Below, piece by piece: positions 37,169 to 46,094 of a stretch of 64,000 nucleotides of DNA. Under the pieces are notes generated by a model that had not been told where the DNA came from, did not search any database, and worked only from the letters and a program-made list of their open reading frames with translations. The number at the start of each line of letters is the position of its first letter. Position 1 is the first letter of the stretch. The translations under genes and the position numbers were made by a program. Source of the stretch: Candidatus Latescibacterota bacterium. Its GTDB lineage: Bacteria > Latescibacterota > UBA2968 > GCA-2709665. The stretch lies in contig CAXXJS010000025.1 in assembly GCA_963662665.2 (NCBI GenBank), positions 1 to 64,000 of the forward strand. The letters run 5' to 3'.

Positions 37169-40100
37169 TCATTTCCGCGACCCGATTCCCATCGGATTTC
37201 GGGTCCGCCGTACCAGGCATTCGCTGCCTGAATTCGGAATCGAAATCCGATCGCCGGGTTTGAAGTCCAGGACTTCGAAACGGCTGCCCGGCCGCAGCCC
37301 TGCGACCGATTCCAGCCGGATCTTCTTGAATGCAAGCAGTTCGACGATCCGCGACGCGAACGAGCCGTCCTCCGTACGCAGCACCTTTCCACTGTATTCG
37401 CCCTTGTCACCGCTGTTGTTGAAACCCCAGGCAAACGCAAGCGGGACGTCACAGTCCAGAATATCCGGAGCCTCCACGGAGACAACCCTCCCTCTGGCCA
37501 GCCGGGGATCGCCGTGTTGCAGAACAAGCCGGGGCCTTCGCCCGTCGGCGACGGCCGTAACCCGGTAGCCCGAACCGTGGGAATAGGCCGTGTCTCCGGG
37601 GTACGCTTCCACGCGGCACAACCGCCCCTCCAGCGGCATCCCTTCCGGCAGGCCGCGGTCGATCGACACGGACTCTCCATCGGCATCCACTTCCGCTATC
37701 CGCGCTTCGAAACGAGCCCGGGAGAGCGTCGTTTCGGCGTGTCCAAACCGGAGGCGCGTACCTTCCACCAGGAATAGAGCCACCTCTCCGTCTCGTTCGC
37801 GTACGACGCCGAACCGCCCGGAAAGCGCTATGGGTACCCCGTCGGAATCCCGGATTTCGATTGAGCCATCCCTCGAAAAGAGCAGCGTATCCCGCCTGCC
37901 GTCCGCCAGTTCGATCCTCACCGCTGCGCTGCCTGTTTCCGCGTCGCGAGCAAGCACCCTGGCCTGCACCACGTTGCGTGAAACGGAAAACGCCTCGAAC
38001 ACGCTGACGAACAGGCTTTTCAGATCCTCTCCTTCCCTCCGTACTATCAGCCGCTGGATCTGCTGGGCGCCTTTCAAATCGGGTCCCTTCGCGGCGATCA
38101 GGGTCGCAGAGGGGTCGGCGGGAAACCAGATACCGTATCGGGTGTCTCGCGCATCTCCGAACCGCCAGTGCGCGTACGCGTCCCGATCCAGCGGCGCGGT
38201 TCTGACGTCGTGGATGAACGCGTACCCGTTTCCGGGAGGCGGCAGCCATCCGTAGGGCAGCGGGCTTCCATCCGGGGCGGCCACGCCCTGAATCCGGTCG
38301 TTCGGGCCGATCCGCTCCCCCCAGCTTTTCCCAGGCGCGTTCGCCCCTTCGGAACCGTCCACCGTCCCGAGCCCCGCCAGTGTCCAGACTCCCGGGCGGG
38401 CCTCCGGAGACACGCCGTCCAGCGAAAACGACCCTGTATCCCCCTCGAAAAACCTGGGACCGTTCATCGCATAGTCATGAATTAGTCCGCCTGCCACCAG
38501 GAAAAGATCCAGCGTATAGGACGTCTCCTCGTCGACGTCGCAGAAAATCAGCGCCCTGCGGTATTCGGTCGCACCCTGGTGGATCCTGGACAGCGGCGCG
38601 GAGTACTCCGCGATCTTCACGCCGCCCAGATCCTCAAAGGTCACCAGGTCCGCACTGGGCACAAACTCGTAGCCCTGAGACGTCGGGATGTCCTCGTCTA
38701 CCGTCACCATCGCGTGGGAAATCGCCCGCATGCCCCATCCTTTGTGCACGTGCGAACCGGCCAGGGCGTAACCAACGTCTTCGATAACTGTGCGGCCCTT
38801 GTCATACAGAAAAACCGCCAACTGATCGTCCTGCGACAGCAGATTCGCGCCCCCGCGCACAACCAGCGCGCGCGACCGGTCGCCGGTCCCGCTGCGGAGC
38901 ACCACCACGCCCTTGTGACCGGCGAACGAAGAGGCGGATTGCGGCTCGGCCCGGTCTTCCCCGGCGGGCCCGGGCTCCGAATTGAACAGGGCCCAGGCGC
39001 CGTTACGGACATTTTCCGCCGCGCCGTCCGACAGGTCCAGCATCAGTTCCTTCGCCCGAAGCCTCGTTTCCACATCGTCGCTCCGAATGTGGAGCCGTTC
39101 CAGCAGAGCCCATTGCGAGGGCATCACCTGGCGTTCCGAAGGCGGCAGATAGCCCGGGAGCGCGTTCGTATTTCCATAAGAGGGGATGCGCCCACACGCC
39201 CGCGTCAGCTCCGGGTATTCAAGGCACAAGCGGACGAGGCGGGGGTGATCAAAGGCGTTTCTCATCCCCATCAGCGCTTCCGCCCCTGGATACTCGTCGG
39301 GTGACGCGTACTTGCCGGGATCGTATTGGTACATCAGTTCCGCCACGTCCTGCATCAGCGTACCGGAGAAATACGCGTACATCTCGGAGTTCTCGTAGTA
39401 TCCCCCGTCCCGGCCGATCACATTGTCCAGAAAGGACCGGAACGCGCTGCCCGCCCACGTGATGAAATCGGGTCTGTCCGTTGCCAGACCGATCGACAGC
39501 AGCGCCCGGAATCCATCCAGTTCGTGATTCTGGAAATGGGTGAGATTTCCCTCTCGCAGGTTATACCCGCCTCCTTCCGTCATCACGTAGTCTTCCAGCA
39601 TACCCTCGGCGATATTTCCCCGAATGCTCACGCGCCGGTCGCCCCGAGTCGGAGACGGTTCATCCATCATTGCAAGACCGGAGATCAGGTCGTAAGCCTG
39701 CATGTCCACGAAACGTTGCCGGTTGACGTGGCACGTCTCCGCGTGCATGCGCCCCATTTCCCGCTCCCGCGAGCCCTCCGGAATATCCAGCGGACCGATC
39801 GTCGTAGGCGCCAGCGTGGCCAGTGCGTCGTAAATAAGCAGCGCTTTTTCGCCGAACCGGGTCTCGCCGGTAATCGCGTAGGCGAGGGCCAGATTCAGCA
39901 GTGCGTTGTCCGTGGGGCCGCCGGACCCGTATGAGTAGGTACTCAGCATGCTCACCACAAAGCTGTTCCATACGGGCACCGGCGCGAACCATTTTCCCTC
40001 GAAGTAAAAGCCGTGCCCGCCGTCGCGGAATGGAGATCCCTTTCGGTCCTCGGGATACTCCCGCCCACACGCCTCGCAAGAAGCCCGCCCGGGCTGTGAC

Positions 40101-40363
40101 AGGTCGCACCGCCACGCCGCCTTGCAGCAGGGACTCCCGTTCCGCCCGCTGCAGAAAATCGCCCCCCTGTCCGGCACCAGTGCGTGTATCTGCTCGTCGG
40201 ACATGCGGACCCACTTCTCCCCAATCGCGCTGATCCGCGCCCACTCCTTCGCCGCCCACGCCTGGGTACGGATGTTCTCCCGGGCCCTGCGAATCGCATC
40301 CACCGTGTACCAGATGGATCGACCCGGCCGCGGGACCCGCGCATCCTGCACAACAGGCAACAT
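37169..40363 (-). CDS. Large heparinase II/III-like protein with an N-terminal Cys cluster (putative Zn ribbon)
   Basis: SPCCK...CEACGREYP, FQNHE, DGGYYENSEMY, SQDDQL, ISHAMVTVD. ATG 40363 after GGAGGGG; no signal peptide. Confidence 0.7.
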   Translation of the reverse strand: MLPVVQDARVPRPGRSIWYTVDAIRRARENIRTQAWAAKEWARISAIGEKWVRMSDEQIHALVPDRGAIFCSGRNGSPCCKAAWRCDLSQPGRASCEACGREYPEDRKGSPFRDGGHGFYFEGKWFAPVPVWNSFVVSMLSTYSYGSGGPTDNALLNLALAYAITGETRFGEKALLIYDALATLAPTTIGPLDIPEGSREREMGRMHAETCHVNRQRFVDMQAYDLISGLAMMDEPSPTRGDRRVSIRGNIAEGMLEDYVMTEGGGYNLREGNLTHFQNHELDGFRALLSIGLATDRPDFITWAGSAFRSFLDNVIGRDGGYYENSEMYAYFSGTLMQDVAELMYQYDPGKYASPDEYPGAEALMGMRNAFDHPRLVRLCLEYPELTRACGRIPSYGNTNALPGYLPPSERQVMPSQWALLERLHIRSDDVETRLRAKELMLDLSDGAAENVRNGAWALFNSEPGPAGEDRAEPQSASSFAGHKGVVVLRSGTGDRSRALVVRGGANLLSQDDQLAVFLYDKGRTVIEDVGYALAGSHVHKGWGMRAISHAMVTVDEDIPTSQGYEFVPSADLVTFEDLGGVKIAEYSAPLSRIHQGATEYRRALIFCDVDEETSYTLDLFLVAGGLIHDYAMNGPRFFEGDTGSFSLDGVSPEARPGVWTLAGLGTVDGSEGANAPGKSWGERIGPNDRIQGVAAPDGSPLPYGWLPPPGNGYAFIHDVRTAPLDRDAYAHWRFGDARDTRYGIWFPADPSATLIAAKGPDLKGAQQIQRLIVRREGEDLKSLFVSVFEAFSVSRNVVQARVLARDAETGSAAVRIELADGRRDTLLFSRDGSIEIRDSDGVPIALSGRFGVVRERDGEVALFLVEGTRLRFGHAETTLSRARFEARIAEVDADGESVSIDRGLPEGMPLEGRLCRVEAYPGDTAYSHGSGYRVTAVADGRRPRLVLQHGDPRLARGRVVSVEAPDILDCDVPLAFAWGFNNSGDKGEYSGKVLRTEDGSFASRIVELLAFKKIRLESVAGLRPGSRFEVLDFKPGDRISIPNSGSECLVRRTRNPMGIGSRK

Positions 40364-40407
40364 AGGTTTCCCCTCCAGGTGTATTCCCGAGATGTCCCAG
40401 GGATCAC

Positions 40408-41466
40408 TTACGCGTCCTGAATCAATATTGCCTTTCCCGTACTGGCCGCCTCTCTTGCCGCAAGCGCGATTCTCATGGCGAGTTTGCCGTCTTCGCCCTT
40501 CGTCAGCGGCGTTTTTCCCTCTCGCACGCACCCGACGAAATGCTCGACTTCGGCGAGCAGCGTTCCCTGGATGCCGCGCTCACCCATTGGCCACGTCACC
40601 GAATCGGCCACCTGGTAGCCGGCATCCGAAAACACCTTCAGGGGCTGGGACATGAAGTCCACGTGCAGGACGCCGCTGTCTCCCAGAATCTCGATGTTCC
40701 GGTCCACGCCGTGAGGATAGGTTCCCGGGTACGCAAAGGTCTCGTAGAGCGCCGCGATGGACCCGTTGGGGAACCTGAACGTCATCACCGCGCAATCGGT
40801 AAAGTTCTGGTCCTTCAGAATCAGCTGTCCCATCTCGCCGTACACCCGTTCGGGTGCGCCTCCCATCAACCAGCAAACCAGATCGATATTATGTGGTCCG
40901 GCATAGTTCAGGACGCCGCCGGTCTCATCGTCATTCACCCATGCCCTGCCCCTCAACACGGAAAGCGGATGGCATCGCCTGGCAAACATCATCCTGGGCG
41001 TGCCGATCTCGCCGGCGTCAATCCGCCTTTTGGCTTCGGCGCAGGGATGGCTGTACCGCTCGGTGAACCCGATCATCAGGATCACGCCACTCTCCCGCGC
41101 CGCCCCAATCATCCGGTCCGCCTCTGCGGGAGTTCGGCACATCGGCTTCTCGCACAGTACGTGTTTTCTTGCCTGCGCGGCCAGGACGGTGTGTTCGCAG
41201 TGGAATTCGTCGGGAGTAGCGACAATAACCGCATGGATATCCGGATCCCCCAACATGGAACGATAGTCGGCGGTCCATCCGGGAACCCCGCAGGACTCAG
41301 CCGCCGCCCTGGCCGAATCCTCGCTCCGCGTGCAGAACGTCCGCACCTCGGCGCCCGCGCAGGACCGGATGGCCAGGGCAAAATTCCGCCCGGCCTTCCC
41401 CCCGCCGATAATTCCGATCCCAACGTCTTCATTTGACATGTCGATGCTCACAGGATTCTTCGGCAT
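40408..41466 (-). CDS. Gfo/Idh/MocA family oxidoreductase
   Basis: IGIIGGGKAG, KHVLCEKPM, GGVLNYAGPHNID. The true start may be MSNEDVG, slightly downstream. Confidence 0.9.
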   Translation of the reverse strand: MPKNPVSIDMSNEDVGIGIIGGGKAGRNFALAIRSCAGAEVRTFCTRSEDSARAAAESCGVPGWTADYRSMLGDPDIHAVIVATPDEFHCEHTVLAAQARKHVLCEKPMCRTPAEADRMIGAARESGVILMIGFTERYSHPCAEAKRRIDAGEIGTPRMMFARRCHPLSVLRGRAWVNDDETGGVLNYAGPHNIDLVCWLMGGAPERVYGEMGQLILKDQNFTDCAVMTFRFPNGSIAALYETFAYPGTYPHGVDRNIEILGDSGVLHVDFMSQPLKVFSDAGYQVADSVTWPMGERGIQGTLLAEVEHFVGCVREGKTPLTKGEDGKLAMRIALAAREAASTGKAILIQDA

Positions 41467-41528
41467 CGCTCAGAATGGCATTCTGAGCGATGCCGGTGTG
41501 AGGGTGGGGCAGACATTCCTGTCTGCCC
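41461..41528. repeat. Perfect 17-bp palindrome plus an adjacent REP-like hairpin
   Basis: CGGCATCGCTCAGAATG-G-CATTCTGAGCGATGCCG at 41461-41495; GTGGGGCAGACATTCCTGTCTGCCC at 41504-41528. Confidence 0.75.
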
Positions 41529-41604
41529 GCTTCGCTGACCTTGAAACGTGCTCTTCACATGTATCTCATGCAATAATAATGCGTGACCAGGGTCAGCAGC
41601 AAGC

Positions 41605-43569
41605 TCACGGCCCCGCCGGCACAACGACCTTTATGGACAGGCTCTCCAGGCCCTGCAGGACCAGATCGACGTCCTTCTGTACCGAGGCGGACGGCCGCAC
41701 GCCGCCCCCCTGGCCGGGCGGGCGGCCCTGAGGCGGTCCGAAGGGCATATCGAAGGTCAGCACGGCTTCCAACACGACGTTGTCGTCTGCGCTATTGACC
41801 TCGTTAAAGGTTTCTTCCAGCGTCTGTCGGATAGGGAAACGGCCGAATCCGGGTCCACCACCCGCCGCAAGCTCCGCGGCCGATCCCAGGGCGAGACTGT
41901 AGACACCCGGAGGAAATTCTTCGGGAACGCCGAGCGCGAGTTCAATCTCCCGATCAATCCGGCGTCCCACCCGTAACGACGCGGTAACGGCCAGCGTGTC
42001 TCCGGGACTGATCACCGAATCCGCGTTCACTTCGACGAGCCTGGCGAAACGGGGTTCGGCGATCACCTCTACCTGGACCGCGGCATCCGTCACCTGCACC
42101 GCGTAGTCGTCTCTCGTCATCAACGGGGCGAGCGAGGAGTACACGTCGGAGGTCGCATTCCTGATCAACGAACCGAGCCGTCCTTCCGGCGAGGCGAAGA
42201 GGCGGGTACGTGACAACGTGGAGTCTGTAACGTCAAAGGAAACACTCGCAGTAACACGTATGCTGTGATCCGGGTCCAACTCGACCCGGTTGGAAAGCGG
42301 TCCGAAGAACCCGCGAACGACCAGGTCGACAGACATATCCGGGCTTACGCCGACGGTGGGCATTGTATGCAAGAGCTCAACTTCGCCGCCCGATGGAAAT
42401 GAATACACGCTTCTGATCGGTACCAGTTCCGGTCCTTTGCCCAGAATTCCCCGGACCGCGGGAATGCGGTCTTCTGTGAGCGTGCCGCGTACCGTCGGGT
42501 TCAGCGTCACGAACTTGAACGGCGCCGACAGATTGGAGATTTCTCCAAGCACTTTCGCTTCGATGATAGGCAGGGAAACCGGGCCGGCGTCATCCATTGA
42601 ATGTCCGAAACCGTAAACCCGGTCGCCGTCCACGAAGGAGATGGTCCCGAAACTGCCCAGTGTCAGTTCACCCAGGAGCAAACCGACCGCCAGCGGCCTG
42701 CCTGGCGCGAAGCTGGTCTGGCGCTGCGTGGTCAGACCGGCGGCAACCGCGTCATTCAGGATAGACGGATGCCCTTCCGGATGCAGCTGAACACGGTTGA
42801 GGCCGGTACTCACGAGTGGGATATCCAGGGGTACGATCTGGCTTTCACCCCAGGTTGCCGCGCGTTTGGCCAATGGTACCGTTCCCCTGTCCCCAATGAC
42901 CCATTCGATGGGCGTGGCGAAAAAGTAGTAGGGCGGGCTGTCCTGGGCATTAAAGCCGTAGGCGATCGCGCCCCAGACGCCCTGCGGCGAAAAAATCGGG
43001 GAACCGCTCATGCCCCTGGCAATGCCTCCCAGGGCGACCAGCACGGAATCGGAGGCCTCCACCATGTAGACGGGCATGGGCGGCAGGAAATCGTCGACGA
43101 CCTGGATGAACGTCATCTCCAGGTCGACGAGTTCGCCGTTGTCGAATTCGGTCCGCATGAAAACACGCTTGCCCACGGGCGCCGAACGGACGGATTCGAT
43201 CGGCACGATCCTGGAAAGGTCCCAGGGCAGGAGCATCCCGTATTCAAAGTCCTTCCCGAAGTTTTTAGAAAAGACTACAAAGTCCGAAAACCCGATTTCC
43301 CCGTCGCCATTCAGATCGAACCGGGTTTCGTATCCTTCATCGCCTTCACTACGTCCGAATTTTTCCGCGAACTGCGAAAAGTCGCTGAAACCGACCGTCC
43401 CGTCACCGTCGAAGTCCGGCAGAAACGCCGTGTCCTGGTCATTGGAATTGACGGTGGTACCTTGTAATGTCGTCCCATCTGCAAACGCGTACGAACCCGA
43501 CGCAACGAATACCGCTACTGCAACCAGCGCGAACGTGGTAATTGACACCAAATTATCTCTCGAAATCAT
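41605..43569 (-). CDS. Secreted SpoIVB-like S55 peptidase with an N-terminal dockerin-like double EF-hand
   Basis: Signal peptide; DFDGDGTVGFSDF...DLNGDGEIGFSDF; GIARGMSGSP; GTISFVDGDRVYGFGHS. ATG 43569 after GGAGGAGG. Confidence 0.8.
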   Translation of the reverse strand: MISRDNLVSITTFALVAVAVFVASGSYAFADGTTLQGTTVNSNDQDTAFLPDFDGDGTVGFSDFSQFAEKFGRSEGDEGYETRFDLNGDGEIGFSDFVVFSKNFGKDFEYGMLLPWDLSRIVPIESVRSAPVGKRVFMRTEFDNGELVDLEMTFIQVVDDFLPPMPVYMVEASDSVLVALGGIARGMSGSPIFSPQGVWGAIAYGFNAQDSPPYYFFATPIEWVIGDRGTVPLAKRAATWGESQIVPLDIPLVSTGLNRVQLHPEGHPSILNDAVAAGLTTQRQTSFAPGRPLAVGLLLGELTLGSFGTISFVDGDRVYGFGHSMDDAGPVSLPIIEAKVLGEISNLSAPFKFVTLNPTVRGTLTEDRIPAVRGILGKGPELVPIRSVYSFPSGGEVELLHTMPTVGVSPDMSVDLVVRGFFGPLSNRVELDPDHSIRVTASVSFDVTDSTLSRTRLFASPEGRLGSLIRNATSDVYSSLAPLMTRDDYAVQVTDAAVQVEVIAEPRFARLVEVNADSVISPGDTLAVTASLRVGRRIDREIELALGVPEEFPPGVYSLALGSAAELAAGGGPGFGRFPIRQTLEETFNEVNSADDNVVLEAVLTFDMPFGPPQGRPPGQGGGVRPSASVQKDVDLVLQGLESLSIKVVVPAGP

Positions 43570-43635
43570 TAAGCACAATCCTCCTCCCGGCGGTTGGTTG
43601 GGGCAAGTACTATTTTCAGTTAAAAAAGGAGAGGC

Positions 43636-43762
43636 GGGGAGACGGAAGACGCAAGACGTGAGAGATTGCCTGCCCTGTGAGGTTTCAGTTCAGACCGGAG
43701 GCACTGAGGAAGAGCATATCGGGCGAGAATTTCTTCTACCGTCTCCCGTCTCACGTCTCCCC
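43636..43762. repeat. ~130 bp heptamer-ended element, copy 2 (inverted relative to copy 1)
   Basis: GGGGAGACGGAAGACGCAAGACGTGAGA...CTACCGTCTCCCGTCTCACGTCTCCCC; spacer homologous to 336-470. Confidence 0.85.
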
Positions 43763-43779
43763 TCATTCAGTTTCTTTGC

Positions 43780-45057
43780 TTACGACTTCCTCAGCAGCAC
43801 GATACGGTTGGTATTGGTTCCCTTCTTGCGGTTATCCACGCCCCAGCAGTTCGACGTCTTGGTGAAGACCTGGTCGTTTACCAGGACCATGAGCGGTTCG
43901 AGCCCCGCTTCCGCCGCCGCGGGGACAACGAGCGATTCCAAAAGGATTTTCCCGCTCCGGACTTCCCCGACCTCGAAAGCAACATAGCCCGCGGGTTTGA
44001 GAACTCTCTTGAGTTCAACGAATACGCTCGTCATGGCTGCCTGCCATTCGTGCGGTTTCCTGAAGTGCCACACCTGGACGGATTGCGCGTCGATACCGTT
44101 GAACCAGCACCGCAGCCAGTTGTCCGTCTGGTAGTCCACCACGTCCAGGAACGGTGGCGAGGTGACGACGAGGCTGACGGAATCGCTCTCTATCCCCGGC
44201 GTGTTGTTCGAAGATCCGGTGATTAGCAATGCCTCTTGCGAGGTTTCGCGCATTCTTTCCGCGTCGTCTTCATTCAGCTTGCTGAGGAGTGACCGGGATT
44301 TCTTCATAATCGACAGCCGAACGTCCCGTTCGGGCGGCGTCTGCTTTCGATTCCGGTTGATGCCTCGCTGCCGCTCCACCGTGACGGCCTGGTTCGGTGG
44401 CAGCGTGTAAACCGAAAAGAAACCGGGCGAATGCCCCGTCAGCCGGTTGGTCGCCACCATTCTGATCCACCTGTCGACCGCGTCCAGGCTGCCGTCATCC
44501 TGCTCTGCAAGTAAGTAATCGCGCAGGTTCGTTATCTGCATCAGCGTGTTCGGATGATAGAACGCCAACAGGTCGTCCCGCGTCTCGCAGTCACCTTCGA
44601 GAGGAAGGTCCCTCAGGCGTTGGGAAACGGCGTCAAGAGGGGGAGGGGAGAGCCGCGGCGCCACGAGTATCTCGCTCAGCGGATTGACGTCCGTGCCGAC
44701 GGGCGTACGCCTCAGCAACGCAGCCTCGATGGCAGTCGTCCCGCGGCCCAGAAAGGGATCGTAGACCGCGTCGCCGGGTCGTGTCAGCCGCTCAATGAAA
44801 AACCGCGGCAACTGAGGCTTGAAACACGCACGGTACGAAACCTCGTGGAGCGAGTGGGCCACCCTTTGCCTGGACGTCCAGAACTCGTTGACACAGACCG
44901 GTATATCGAATTCCGGATCCGGGAATTCCAGGACTGCCGTTTCTTTCCGAAAATTGTCAAAGCGCTCGATATCGCAGAGGAACTCTTCATACGACATGGG
45001 CCCTGTTGACGTGTCGGGCTGGTTGAACATCTGTAACTGGCTTGCTGTCACTGACAT
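43780..45057 (-). CDS. Site-specific DNA amino-methyltransferase (likely m4C, alpha-type motif order)
   Basis: VYDPFLGRGTT SAM-binding motif I, followed far downstream by LVVTSPPF catalytic motif IV. Confidence 0.85.
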   Translation of the reverse strand: MSVTASQLQMFNQPDTSTGPMSYEEFLCDIERFDNFRKETAVLEFPDPEFDIPVCVNEFWTSRQRVAHSLHEVSYRACFKPQLPRFFIERLTRPGDAVYDPFLGRGTTAIEAALLRRTPVGTDVNPLSEILVAPRLSPPPLDAVSQRLRDLPLEGDCETRDDLLAFYHPNTLMQITNLRDYLLAEQDDGSLDAVDRWIRMVATNRLTGHSPGFFSVYTLPPNQAVTVERQRGINRNRKQTPPERDVRLSIMKKSRSLLSKLNEDDAERMRETSQEALLITGSSNNTPGIESDSVSLVVTSPPFLDVVDYQTDNWLRCWFNGIDAQSVQVWHFRKPHEWQAAMTSVFVELKRVLKPAGYVAFEVGEVRSGKILLESLVVPAAAEAGLEPLMVLVNDQVFTKTSNCWGVDNRKKGTNTNRIVLLRKS

Positions 45058-45061
45058 TCTC

Positions 45062-45793
45062 CTACAAATCTATGCCGCCGCACTGTTGGACCACGCTCCC
45101 AAAGTGTGAAGTGAACTTACGCAAGTTCAACTCCGACACCTCTCCAATTCCTCTGGTAACGGCGCGGGCGATGTCTTTTCCTTCGCTGTTAAGGTTTGCC
45201 CAGATGCAATCGCAAAGACGCTGTACCTCAGCCTCACTGGGGTTCGAATTAGGACCCAGCGTAAACTCCGGGATGGGCTGTGGGCATACAACGACAAAGG
45301 GATCCGCAGCAACATAATTTGTCATCCCCAGTAGGTCAAGCGCCCAACCAAAGGGAGCGAGCATTAGATGCGGCCAGATCGCGAAAACGACATATGCTAT
45401 CAGAGCGACGGTGGAATACATAAACGTGCCAGAGACGATTCCTCGTTCTTCCTTGAGAGATTCGCTCGACTGTCGTTCCTTGTGGCTCAGCCAACCGATG
45501 AGCGCCGTACACCACGTGAAACCATTAATAAAATACATCCAATCCCAGGTTACTTCCGGCTTGATGGTGTATTTGTAAGTCAAGGCAACGATGAAGGCTG
45601 ACCAAAGTCCCCAGAAATAGATTTGGTAAAGTCCGGCCAATCCTACGATCGGTAACGACAGGGCTTTGGGCACTCTCTCCGACTTCGAGAATAGCGAAAG
45701 GGGAGATAAGAGTCCCATCACGCCGAGAGAAAAAATGAAAAGAGCCGGAAAACTCGCAGCGAGTAGAAGAAGATTGTAGGTTGCGAGGTTCAT
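45062..45793 (-). CDS. Hypothetical membrane protein with a 4-Cys C-terminal domain
   Basis: About 4-5 hydrophobic helices, then CPQPIPEF...LCDCIW...QQCGG. Lower GC; stop lies 4 bp before the methyltransferase start. Confidence 0.6.
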   Translation of the reverse strand: MNLATYNLLLLAASFPALFIFSLGVMGLLSPLSLFSKSERVPKALSLPIVGLAGLYQIYFWGLWSAFIVALTYKYTIKPEVTWDWMYFINGFTWCTALIGWLSHKERQSSESLKEERGIVSGTFMYSTVALIAYVVFAIWPHLMLAPFGWALDLLGMTNYVAADPFVVVCPQPIPEFTLGPNSNPSEAEVQRLCDCIWANLNSEGKDIARAVTRGIGEVSELNLRKFTSHFGSVVQQCGGIDL

Positions 45794-46094
45794 TTCGTAC
45801 GCCCGCTTTTTATCTCTATATGTGTAACTCGTTGCAGAGCAGTGACTAATGCAACTTGCGTTTCTGTCGTAGGAGAAAAATGCTACAGCGTGAGAGCTAC
45901 CATAATCAGATGTGATTCAACGACTTGGCCATAATTGAACACACGATGCGAAGATCAAGGCGTAGTATGACACGGAAACACAGCCGCCGCCGCACATATA
46001 CGACCGCCCTACGGAAGTGGAAATCATGGCCAGAGTCTGTGCGAGTACTTTCAACTCGCCTGATTGAGCCAATCCAAGTACTCAGGGACATTGG

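Noticed and set aside
45825-45927. TAACTCGTTG...CAACGACTTG imperfect inverted pair resembling integrative-element end motifs
   Set aside because: Only 8 of 10 bases match; no integrase, tRNA or att duplication was found.
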